Source: Laetmonice hystrix
Lineage: Eukaryota
Assembly: GCA_965235115.1 (NCBI GenBank)
Contig: OZ249436.1
Span: 59,582,001-59,646,000 of the forward strand
Length of the DNA stretch: 64,000 bases
Direction: 5' to 3'
Part shown: positions 50,078 to 62,131 of the stretch, one piece after another
Layout of the letters: every line of letters starts with the position of its first letter
Position numbering within the stretch: position 1 is the first letter of the stretch
The notes under the pieces: generated by a model
Databases searched by the model: none
Seen by the model: the letters and a program-made list of their open reading frames with translations, nothing else
What the model was told of the DNA's origin: nothing
Translations under genes and position numbers: made by a program

Positions 50078-50168
50078 GGTTACCTCGACCGCCAATGTAT
50101 GCCATCCCACCCCCTCCAGGCCAGTTCCCACATCATTTGTACAGTCCAGAATTCTCCCAAGTCCAATG
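50078..50168 (+). CDS. Tcf: Next internal coding exon of the same TCF/LEF gene, phase 1 to phase 2
   Basis: The acceptor is ccgttcttgtttcag|GG, which completes the Gly codon left open by the previous exon. It then reads LPRPPMYAIPPPPGQFPHHLYSPEFSQVQ and ends TG|gtacgt inside a Trp codon. This matches the family motif DPKTG-(I/L)PRP...W. The length of 91 nt is 2+87+2. Confidence 0.9.
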
Positions 50169-51187
50169 GTACGTACTTCTTTACTTCATAATCACTATGC
50201 TTGTTCGCTAAGTGACTTTCTGTGTCATCAGTGGGCCGAGTGAACTGTCTTTGTTTAAAAGTTGTCCAGTGGGACGTTGTCTGAATATACCTGGTACCAC
50301 TACGGATAACTTTACCCGAAACATTATTGGCTATGCCGTGTCACGTAAGGCCCCATTTCTGGACTTCACGACAGCCATCGAGTCGTATCCAGGGTGAGTA
50401 TTAAGTATCTGCGAAGAGACCGACCAGAATCCCAGAGGTAAAAGTGACTTAATATTGCCGCTAGAGGTCTTCTACGAGTCATCAGGACCAAGCGTGAAAG
50501 CAAATAACACTCAGCATGGGTGCACCAATTATCTAAGTCACTAAGGTGTTATGCATGGTATTTAATTATTGGCCCCGTTTTAATATGAGGGCTGGTAGCT
50601 GACCTGGGGCATGGTGTAGAGCCGCGTGGAGTGCCAGTCCGCGGCCAACTCAGCGCCTTCAGGCAAAATCTACGGCAAGCAAAGGGCAGGAATCAAGGCG
50701 TATCATTTTAAATAAGAGGGAGAAAGTGGCACCAGGTAACAAACCGGCCATTGACTGATGCGCCACAAATAGGACAGTTTGTTTGATCTTAGTGGGGTTA
50801 GCTAATGAGACCGGTGGGGAGGAGGCAGGGTGAACTAACAATCTCTACAGTATATGTAATCACAGTGCATGTATGCACACCAGAACGTGTGCAGTGTGGG
50901 TCTCTGATTCTCATTAATTTTATACAGTCTAACTGCCTGTTTCAATGTGCTTGGATTACAAAACGCCATCCAACAAGATGTGGACGAGGGAATTGAGTGT
51001 AATTGATACTTAATATGATTAATGAGGGTGGAGAAGTTATTACCGATAACACTGCCAAGTATTTGTGGTATATATATGATTTAACATATATTATAGGCAA
51101 ATGAGGAACAGAATAGCTTCTTGAACATGGCCAAAGAAGATTTAAGATATAGGTCATCTGGAAAAATACAATAGATGGGCAGTTGAG

Positions 51188-51216
51188 ACTTTGCCCATAT
51201 ACTTTGCCCATATACT
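51188..51216. repeat. 13-bp tandem duplication
   Basis: ACTTTGCCCATAT twice, followed by ACT. Confidence 0.9.
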
Positions 51217-52822
51217 ACTTCATTGAGGTGGTGGGTTATGGTAGAAGACCCGATGACTATCGAGACAATGCAGTTCACGTGAAACTCGGCAGCAGAATTG
51301 TTTATGAGGAACAAATTGTTTTTGAACACATTCCAGATATATGAATACGAAGGCAGTAAGTTGTTGACACCCTGCCAGGGATGCCTGGGAAATACGACCT
51401 CTATGCCGCCAAGGTCGCTTGGAGAAAAAAGCCAGATGAGGGAAGTTTCTTGATGCCTGCCAGATAGGGTCCAGAGCTTTGTCATTCCTCATAGATATAT
51501 TTCAGCCATGAATTGTTTTTATATAAATGTAGAAGAAGCAGCAACAGTTTTATGTCTCAGCGCTTCTATCCGCGCAGGTTGGATAAAACAAAAAATGCCG
51601 CTTAATGAGAAGTTTAGAAAAAATTAATTGTGGAAGTAGGAAATCAATTTTTAACGGATCCAAGACAGAGGAGTGATGGGAAGCTTGTAGGTGAAGAGAA
51701 TGAACTGTTGGCAGGCACTGCACCAAGAAATCAGATTTACTTCAAGTTTCCTGAGTGTTTGAAGTGGGAGGTATTCCACTGCTATCGAGTGGAAAACACA
51801 GATAGCTGACCTCAGAGGTGAAGGCGGCAGGTCGGCCGAAATCGAACATTTTTATAACGTTTTTGATGTTGCAATGAAGCAGGTTCTGTCTCTGACAAAT
51901 GGCAGGCTGGAACATAAAGAAGAGTTTGGTGTTCCATGGAGTAGATTGTGTGGGTGGGTGTGTGTCGTATTTCTGCACTACTTGCGCTTTGTCCACATGT
52001 AGCTGGATATGATTGTGCACCGTTTGAAGACCCCTGAAGCTCAGGTGTGCTCAACTTGGGGACGTGGCCCCAGTGTTGTCTTGCTTTTGTTGGAGGCCAG
52101 AAAAGGCAGTGTTGAGGCTAAGCAGTGTCCCCTTATTGCCATGACACAGCCTTCACGGTCCGGCCTGCGCGGCGGCAAGAAAAGGGGCACACACTCGGGG
52201 CTCGGAAGCGAAGCATTTGGAAGTTGGGCATCCACTAATGCGTATTGATTCAGGGTCTTTTGATCTCCGAGGCTTTCTGGGAACGCCGCATGTTCGCCGG
52301 CCGAGGAGCGGGAACGGGGCGAGCACCGCCGATGCATTTGTCGCAAATTAGAGGGTGGGCAGATGTGAATGAAATGGTCGGTGTGACTGAATGAAATTTT
52401 CTTATCAATCAGCTTCAGTGAGGCATGAAAGAGGATTGGCCGTCTGGGTGATGGAAGACTGAGATTGAACACGGTGTATGTCGTGGGAGGACTGGTGGGC
52501 GGGACGTGGGAAAGTGAAAAACGGACTCAGCTCGGCCCAAACCCAGCACCGACCGGCCGCGGTTCCCCAGGCAGGCGACCGGCCCAGTCCTCAGTGCGAT
52601 CTGGTCGCTTCACCATGGTCAAGGTGTTGTGGCGATCTCAGAAAACCTGTTGAATATCTTCATTTTTACCAATCTCCTACAACAACCTCCATGACATAAT
52701 ACCCCAAAACGTTACTTTCAGGTGTGATGGTAGACCAGGTTTGTCTGGCGGGTATTGGTGGTGGGCGGCGGCGGTGGGAGGCTGGGCCACCCTTGCCTTC
52801 CCCAACACGGCCGCCACCTCCA

Positions 52823-52846
52823 CACACCCACACCCACACCCACACC
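52823..52846. repeat. (CACACC)4 microsatellite
   Basis: Read directly from the sequence. Confidence 0.85.
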
Positions 52847-55800
52847 CACCAGTGTCCCTATCCGGCCTTCCTGTCCGAGACTAAAGCCACACGGGGTGAC
52901 TGTCCTGAACGCAACATGGCGGAAATTCAAAGCCCATCAAAAAGGAGGGGGACAATCATGGTGGCATTCCCCTGCTTGATTTGTTCCTGCCACCAAGGGT
53001 TGTGTTAATTCTGGACGGGAGTAGGGTCAGACCCCAGCCAGGTCCGGGGTGCTGGCGCTATTTCCTGTTCGTAATGAGATGGGTGATCTCGGTCCCTCTC
53101 CCCTCAGCGGCCCGGCGCTGGGGCAGGTGATAAGCGCCCCTCGCCCTCGCCACCGCCCGCCACTGCTTTGTTTCTGACGGCACAACAGATAACTCTAATT
53201 GCCTACTGACAACAGAGATGCTCCTCACATCTGAGGGCGGGTGCTCATTTTAAAAAGGTGAACCAAGCAAAAGCACCGGAGGCAGCAAATTTTGACAACT
53301 CCCATCGGACAGCTTCCGCCCTGATATTGTTAAAGACAATAGGATGGCGTAACCATAGTGATCTTCTTATTCACTGCAGTCATCACTCAGGGATGAAGTC
53401 AATTCCAGGGGTTCTGGGGTCATGAGAACTGAAGTGCTTAGTATTGACAAAATCTGAAATTGAGGCATTTTGATATCTCTTGAAGCAAAAAGGTTTGTAT
53501 GAAAATGGATTTCATTATCGATCTAGTGAAAACTTAAAGTTGTGCTTGGAGGTAAATGTCAAGGCAAACTTTTTACAATCAGTTTTGGCACTTCGGCAGT
53601 ATTGCAGGAGATTATTTAGACCTACATGTGCTCAAGTGGTTTTAGAATGAGTGCAGAACACATATATTTGGCACACACAACCCTGTTCGTCATAATTTTA
53701 GCATTTTAATTGCAGTTACATCTTGAGCTGGCAGGTTTTAATGGCAATTTTTCAAGTTCAAAAATTAGTAATTCAGTGGGAGGGGTGATGTATTTTCTCT
53801 GTTCATTCAAGTGTTGCTGACATTAAGCAAGTTTTTTCCACAGCTTCCTCGAGGTCTCATGCATGGATAGCTTTAATTTGTGAGGCTCTAAAGATTAGCA
53901 TGCAACAAGGCACACGTCCCAAAGGACAGGCTTATTGCGCCTACCTCGAGGCTAGCAGATCCCCCCGCAAGTTTTCGTGTAACTTGTAAAACACTATGGT
54001 GACACGTAGAGTGTGGATGGAAAGTAAGATCAAACCGGTGTTACGTTCAGAGATGAGGCCCTGGCTGACGTAAAGGTCAGCCATGTTTAGGTTTTCCCGC
54101 TTTACTTTTACTCGTCATTGGCCTGGTTTAGTTGGGACAAAGGGACCAGCGCAACGTGATTTATGAATCTGGCTTTAGTGGCGGTATTTGAACTGTAAAC
54201 CGTGAATTAGGTTATTAGGTTTTAGTCGTCATCGGAAGGAGTAATGGAAATGTAGGTGTTGTGACACTGGTTATGTGTTGTTTATCCGAGGAAACTTTAT
54301 ATTTTTAATTTTGCTCAGGAGGACATATATTGAATATTTGGCAACCTGGGTCATGGGGAAGCGGTGTTATTAGGCTAACAGTCGGCATGCTGCCAAAACA
54401 AATGCTCAGGATCAGTCTAACGATTGGTTTTGGCGTGCTCCATGCCACACCCTGTCCCACTCTATTACATGCTTGATGGCTCATGGAGTTTGATTAAAAA
54501 TATTCATACTGTCTTTGGGTCGACTGGCCTTGGCCAGTCTTTTAGATGGTATCTTCAATTGATCATTGGGCATCACACGGGGTGGGGAGGGGAGGCGGCA
54601 GGACCAGGCTTCGGCTGGTTTCAATGTCATCAAGGTTCAGCTCACTGGCACAGTCAGACATGGGAGTTGGATGAAACTCAAGTTGGCTGTAATGAACGTC
54701 ATAAATATAGAGATAACCTAGAAACTCTTGCTTGCCATCACGCTCTAGCCTTATTACCTTGTTGGCAACTCGGCAAGCACCTCAGCTAAAAGATTTCATT
54801 AGGTATGAAAGATTACATTTGGAATTAATTACGCTTTTATTGGGGGTAATAATTGCAGGTGTCAAGTTTATTTGTGTGAATAGGCGTATAACGGAGCGCA
54901 CAAAAAAAAATGAATCGCACCTTTTCCATTCGTCACATGACGAAAACTGTGTGAACCTGCAGTGATTTGGGAATGTTTGAAACCGTGTCCTCCGCCCGCT
55001 TGTAGCCTTAATTGGCCTCCTAGGTGAGCACAGGGTGAGGTTTGAGATGACAGTGGGTCAGGTGACTCGGGAGTTAAACTTAGTGTTGTACAGAACATTG
55101 AGGGATGAGCCTTCCTACATCATATATCCTCGCTACCCCGTGCTGAGGGGTACAGCGACAGCAGAGGTCCTTAAAGAGACTGCAAGGCCAAGACACACAG
55201 TACAACACAATACAGATCCTAATGTACCGCTGTTTTACTGTATGAAGCACAGGTTTTTAAGTTTCTTCTTTTCTTTTTTTATTTTTTCTCTGGCCTAGCT
55301 CTCTGTCTCGGTCGCTGTTTCTAAGGACGGTGAGAGAGAAGGTGAGGTGTAGTTGTGTGTAGTAGAGACAGGGAGACACGGCGGGGTGGCAGAGGTGTGG
55401 GAGGGACCTCCGCCAGCCCTGATGGAGATTACATTGCGGCGGAGGTCGGATATGGATATGGTGAGGGTCGACTATGAATATGGGTATGGATTACACTCAG
55501 CAACAACATCAGGTGGCGAGGGCCGTGGGCGCGGCCGGTGATAGCAGCGCACGGCGACGGCATCAACCTTCCCCTCACTGGGCGATAAAATTCGATAGCT
55601 TTGGAGGAGTAGTAGTAGGGGTAATCTTATCGGGGAACGCAGGGCTTGATGGCCGGGCTCCGGCTGCATACGGCAAGGCGATTGTCTATACGGCTCGGAC
55701 CAAAGTGTTTGTTTGACATTCACGTTCTTCATATGTACATGTAGACTTGTAATTTGAAGTCGGTCGTAGCGCTAACTTCTAGAATATAGACTCTGTAAAT

Positions 55801-58191
55801 AAAGAATTATGCAATTTTTCGGCGTTATTACATTAAAATATAGATTGGGAGATATCTCTTACCCTAGCTTATCCCACCCGCTGGAGACAAAGCAAATGTT
55901 GACTTCTAATTACGTCTTGTCATTTACAATTAGCTAAGCTAGAATAATGCGGTTAACATGCATCAAGAACAAACTTAAACTCAATCAGCCTTGTGAATAT
56001 GAGGGGCAAAATACAATTGATTTGGAAAATTGTGACTACTTGATTCTATGTTATTTGCATAGGCATTAAGGGAGGATGAGAGTGTGGCTGGCAGGGCTAG
56101 TGGAGGCGAGGCGAGCACGCCACCCACGGCGGGCCGTCACAGTCCACTGTGCCGTGACAGGGTGCTGACGGACTGACGCATCCGATCCACTTTCTCCCAG
56201 ATCACTTGTCAGCCTTTTAATTTCTCCTTGATAAGCTACTCGGTGATGCAAGTAATTCAAAGGGCCTATTCATAGACTGTTTCAAATTTGGGAAGTGGGC
56301 TGTCAAATTTTAGTGCCGCGTTCGAGTTTGGATGAGTAGAGATAGGTGCACGAGCAGCTGATTGGGGTGGAGAGTGGGAGGGTAGGGTGATGTTATCACC
56401 CCGGCTAGATTGGCTCTGACAGATTCCCTGTCCTCTTCCGACACAGAACTGGCAGTTTGTATTGACAAAATGAAATTATTGGTCGAGGCGATCATAAAAA
56501 ATATGAAAGAAATCTATAATCATTCAAATTTCCCACTTGATTGATAGTGACAGCAACAGTTAGGGTTTCGTGGAGTTAATTGTTCATATTTCTTTCCCAG
56601 TTATTAATGTGTTTTGAGACATAGATTAGGGTGTGTTGACCTGGCGCGATTACAAACTGGAATGGCAGGTAGCAACAAAGAAGTTTCTCAAATGAAGTGA
56701 TGTCTCATTCAAAGAGAAATACTAAACCTGCGGTATTAGTCCGCCCTCAGCCACAGCCGTATTGGGAGCTCAGAGAGACCGATTGCCCCGGCAAGTTGGT
56801 CTGGGCTGGGTTGTTGTGTTAGCCGAGTGATGATCAAAAAGCTAGGCGAGGCCCCACTTGGCCATGTTATCGACCATCAGACCCAGCCCCCAGTCCCTCC
56901 AGCACTGTCTGTCCAGCCTCCAGGGTCAATAACTAATTCCCATGGCCAAACACGGGAGCAGTGGTAGTATTTACTGGGGCTGGGGTAGAAATAGGGGTGA
57001 CAATGGCAGCGCCGACCTCACTGTGGACAGGCCCGATGGGGGCTGGCAGGGCGGACGGTTGACCACAGACGCCGCGGCAATGGTCACTCTTGTAGGTGGA
57101 CATGCCCTTTAGCTACATATAACTGGACACATTGGCACCTTGCGCGCACTGTGGACCCTGGCCAAACTGTCCCGGGGCTTTTATGATTAAAAGGTTGGAT
57201 GGTCTCATTTTAAGTAAACTATGACTGACTTACTCATTAGTTGATGAGAAAGGTACTGTCTGCCTGGGATACAGCGTACCCGTAGGCAACATTCAGAGAT
57301 GGTTGGGAAAGTACATAGTAATAGTAATATACCGTACAGATATGGAGAGAGTGCGAGGGGATGAAACGGGACCATACTCCTGCCATTCTGTCTTCGACCA
57401 CTATTTCACTCTTCTGCAGAGAGAGTTAAAATGTACAGAGTTCAGTTCTCAAAGTGTGGAGTTTTTGGAGTAAGGGGTTTTTTCCCTCCGATCGGTAAGA
57501 GTGTGTGAGTGTGAGTCAGCCGACGTAGCCACTGGCGGCTGGTGCCATGCGTGTTGTACTGTCAGTGAAACTTGACACATAGTAGGAAGACCGCCTGAGT
57601 GGCACAGTAGATCAAAGACCGAAGGTGTGCACTCATTGATACTGTTACCTGCGTTACCGGAGCCGCTGGCTAGGCGCTGTATTGTGAAGAGCACATGCAA
57701 GATGTGTGGATGACTTTTACCAAAGGCCACGCATGGCTGCCGTTAGTTTGATACCCCATCCCTGGCATGGAAAGATTGTTTACTTCTCATTAAATCTGCT
57801 GACAGGTTAGCTTTCAAAGCCTCGAGACAGTCATGAAATATGAAAAGGCATTTAGGTCAGCCGAAGCTGGAAAGAAAAGTTTTTCCTACTACTGCATACC
57901 CCAACATTGCCACCTCTTCATCACTTACCATGATATTTCAAACCCAGGTTAACGTTTACTGCAATCTTTACTGATTGTTTCCTGTAGACCTGTTTTCTGT
58001 AGGCCTATACTAAATCAACGCTCCATTGTAGATCCAGTATTATCTTATTCACGTGGACACGTATTCACATTGAAACACGTTTCAGTTAGGCACACGTCCA
58101 CATGTTTCTTTGATTTTCCAGAAAGGTGAAGAAGAAAATTGATAAATTGTAGTTGTTATGATGATAAATGTGGGGTGTGTGCGCCTTGGGT

Positions 58192-58275
58192 GAGCCCCCT
58201 GGTGTGAGTAGTATGTAATTGGGAGATTTGGGAGCAGGCACCTCGGTCAGGTGAGACCGCTCAGCCCCCTGGTGG
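58192..58275 (-). promoter_or_regulatory. Tandem CTCF-like motifs
   Basis: The reverse complements are ACACCAGGGGGCTC (58192-58205) and CCACCAGGGGGCTG (58262-58275), 12/14 and 13/14 matches to CCASYAGRKGGCRS. Confidence 0.3.
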
Positions 58276-60900
58276 GAAAGCCGCGCACGGTGCTCGGCCA
58301 GGCGGCCAAATTTGTGCAGGAACTTGCCGTGTTAACACGTCGGGGCGGTTTACAGCGGGCTGGGACACCTAGAGTGTGAAGACGGGAGGGGGCCGGGCAA
58401 GGGTTGGGCAACTTCTCAGGGCAACTCTGTCCGGGAAGCGAGCCTCGGGGGTGTCCACCTAGGGGGATGCTACCCGCTGGAAGAATGCTTACAAGTTGGA
58501 GCGGTAGTGGGCCATGGCAGCGGAGATGGAAAGAGTAATGACCCGCACGCGAAGCGATGGCCAGTTAACATAACTTAGACGTGTAGGCTTGGCATTCAGG
58601 GGATGTGTGCGGCGGCAGGGGATGTGGAAGGCGTGGACGGATGTAAGTTATTATGGACATGCCTGCCATAGTTTGCCGGTGCAGGCCCGAGAACCCAGGC
58701 CGATGCCTATCTCTAATGATGCCACAAGTCATCATGCAATGAGAACCAAGAACTCGCAGCATGGTTAAGATTTATATGTCGACATGCAAGCAGTTTTTTA
58801 GCTGATGGATGGCTGTGACTGTTTTATAGGGAAAAGGTCGAATGTGTCCGGGGAGGCTCCATCTGGTTGTTGGCAGTACCGTGTGTAGGAATCAACACGC
58901 CCAGTGTGTGGCGTGGGCTTACACACGACGACTGGTTACGACAAGCCTGCTGTGTGCTGGCCACCACGGGTCATCATGATGTTATATAGCTCAGTATATA
59001 CAGACATCACTGTGCCGGTGAGAACTGTTGACAGAGGCTGTCGGTGCCCCACCCCCAGCCCACGTCTTGGTCCCTTGAGATTGAGACCCGTACAAATCTA
59101 CCACTGGCTGTATCCGCCCTATTTATTGATGTGGGACAATATCAAGCAAAAACGTTATGATCTTTGGTCACATTTCCTCGAAATGTATGTTCGACTGGGC
59201 TACATGGTGAGGATTTTGATGATTTCTATTAACTGATCTCAGAATGAGCCCCCAGCAAATATCGGCAGCGTTGTGTCGGTGTGGATGTGGGGGTGTGGGA
59301 TTGCAAGGGGTAAGTTACAGGTCATGGGGGTAACACTGGCAGGTACAGCCACAAAACGCACCCAGATTTTCGTCAGCAGGTTTTTGTGACCCTTGTCGTT
59401 GAGCACAGCTGACATCTGGAAATGAATGTTGGAATAAAACAAAGTGATGACAAGAAGGTTGAAATAGTCGGATCGGCAGATGGGATGCCAGAAACATCGG
59501 AGGTACAAAAATATGTGAATATCACCATGATCTCAGATGGTAGAAATGGCCACATAAACCGAGTTGAAATCTGAGCTATGTGTAAAATCTTATGCTGCTG
59601 GTCTATGTCGTATATAAAGTCGCATCTAAGATAATGTTCCTATAGCTCCAGCTGTCTGTCCCGTGGAAAGAATGCAGATCAGAAATAACTTGACACAGCA
59701 AACACTTTACCAAATCAATCTGTGTATTAGAAAAACGGACGGGAAAGTTTTTACACCATGAGATAGTACTGGATTCCCTAGACTTAAACATACTGAAATG
59801 TTTGTAGTAACGATGGCAGGCAGCCTAAGTGTAGAGGTGAGATGTTAGTGTTGTCTGAGTGATATCGCTCCTAGAGAGTGGCTCCCATTTGTATGGTACA
59901 TCAATGGCCACAGTCGCTTAATGTACCTCCACGGCATCAGTGGAGCCGTACGTATATCGTCACAACTCTTCTTGTATTCACAGCCCTAACCTGAGAAGGT
60001 TGAAACCCGATACGTATAATATAGTGAGAGAGGAAGCACCATTGGAATGGGTCTCATTGCTAACTGTTGCTGGAGTAGTTTGATAGAAATACTCTGTCAC
60101 TTAATGAGAATTACTTTAGTCGGTAAAGGTGTTGATCTGACACCGCCTATTGCAGTCACAGAACTTGGATGTTGACTGACAACTTAACACAATACAGGCG
60201 GCACACCAATCAAATCTAGGCCACCTGGCCAAGGCTGAGAGCACCTTTGTGGGCGAGCCTGTTTTCAATCTCACAGTGACAGAGAAAGAAAGAAAACGCT
60301 TCATTTCTTGCATATCTCCAGTATCCTGGTGGCTGAATCCAATTGTTGTGATGTGCAATGAAAGGTCAGGATCCGCATCATTGTGACATTAAGGGCAGAG
60401 CTCTCGAAGTGAAGGTCACTTGCCATAAATACGATTTACCACACTGAAATAACATTGTTAATCATCCTTATTTCACTCTTATTACAAACACGCTTGGTTG
60501 ATACGAAACCAACGTGACGTTTAACCAGACACGTTTAGAAGTAGGCAGGTAACATTTGTGACGGAAGTGAGTTAGTTGGTTGATGACATCTAGTTTTACA
60601 CAGTCAGGTTGTCGTCAGCTCTCTACAAATGCCAAGTGTCACCAAGAACTTGGAATAACAGAGGGAGGTGGAGTCAGTGGGTAGGTGGGTAGAGGTAGAA
60701 GAAACTTGTGGTGAAACAGATCACACAAACATTAAACCAGCCTTGTCACTAATTGACACGCTCAATAACACGCCTGAAGAAGAAACCAGAACAAAACCAG
60801 CACCGCTTGATCTTCGCAGGCGTACACAACCGTCGCGGTGGAGTGGCACGGTTACAGTGGCGGTGCGTTTAACCGTGAACGTCGAGTCGGGATGGCTGCT

Positions 60901-60910
60901 TATATAAAAG
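60901..60910 (+). promoter_or_regulatory. TATA-box-like element downstream of a CpG-rich stretch
   Basis: TATATAAAAG, immediately preceded by about 90 nt rich in CpG (60811-60900). Confidence 0.25.
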
Positions 60911-61578
60911 TCAGGTTGTTGAAGTGTGTCGCTGTGATATGAGTATGTTACGGTCGTATAACGGAAGGTTACAAGATTTGTTTTGTCTTCTGATAACACA
61001 GATACACTTATCGTGTATTGAGTTCTGCAGCCGTTCAGATTGTGTTCCAATGAGTTGGTGACTTTGTGCAGTGAGATGGATTGGAGCCACATCCCGTGAT
61101 CTCCAAGACCAAGTGGACCAGTGTATGAAAGCCGAGCTGTATATGTTGATATAAGGGTGACGTAATAGATCATTAGTTGAGTAACCCGTTGGTTTGTCCG
61201 TTAGGTCTGTTTATATACAAACTAAACTAATTACTTCCAGATCAGGGTGTACTGTGACTGAAGATAACTTGAGTTGAGATATCATTTGATTCTGTCTCAG
61301 CTTTAAGTAGTATTGTTCAGAGGCAGTCGGTCGGTCCTAGCAGTTGGGTGGAGGGTCATGTAAGGACCGGTCTTTGTGGCCCAATGTCATCAAATTGATC
61401 TAGCCACCGCCATGAGAGGTATATATTGAAACGGAGCAGACTTCTCCATATTAGGATTAACTCGTCTCTGAAGTGTACATTATGTACCCTTTAATGTGAC
61501 GTGTATATAGTAGTTAGAGGGTGTGTCGGGTTGTGTTTAAAGACCCCTGTTCCAATGGTCTGACTGCTAGCCAGACCA

Positions 61579-61594
61579 GCCGGCCGGCCGGCCG
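61579..61594. repeat. (GCCG)4 tract containing a 14-bp palindrome
   Basis: GCCGGCCGGCCGGC is self-complementary. Confidence 0.8.
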
Positions 61595-62045
61595 CAGGCT
61601 TCCATAGACTGACACCTGTCAACTCGCACTGCGACAAACTGCTGTGCTTGTAATTTGTTTCGTTTGACCAAAGATTAAATTTCTGCTACGTTCAAATGTC
61701 AGTGAGTATCACAAAGGAGGCGATGTGCGTAGGTCTGACCTATAATTGTGCCGTCTTTGGTCTGATTGTCTTGGGTTATCGGCCCAGCAAGACGTTGAGG
61801 CTCCGTGCCAGTCTGCAAGTCGCCATGTCTTCAGCCAAGATTAATATGACAGAGACAAATGTTAAGCTCTGGCGTGTGGCCCTCTGATAAACGGTAAAGT
61901 TTAGTTTTAATAATGCAGAATCTTGGCCAGGTTTTTGTTCTTTATTCGTGCGGAGATGAGATGGTTTGATTGAGTGAGCCTGGTGAACGGGATGAAAGGC
62001 TGAGCGCCGATCAGGCTCGCTCCCTCAACATGGCATTACTCGCAC

Positions 62046-62131
62046 ACATCAAAGGGAGTGTATGAAAAATAGGCGTGGGGTGGGGTTTATCAAAGCCAAT
62101 TTCAGTTACCCATGCCCATATCTCTGGCGGC
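62046..62131 (-). promoter_or_regulatory. Candidate Wnt-response element (two HMG sites and one Helper)
   Basis: ACATCAAAGGG at 62046, ATCAAAG at 62089 and TGGCGGC (reverse complement of GCCGCCA) at 62125. Confidence 0.33.

Noticed and set aside
42001-51216. Short tandem duplications considered as a CRISPR-like or satellite array
   Set aside because: Each has only two copies, there are no spacers and the units are unrelated. They are ordinary slippage duplications in eukaryotic DNA.
52722-52884. tttcag|G acceptor that would complete the Trp codon of the 50078 exon
   Set aside because: It reads WCDGRPGLSGGYWWW... into a microsatellite and a stop, with no TCF similarity.
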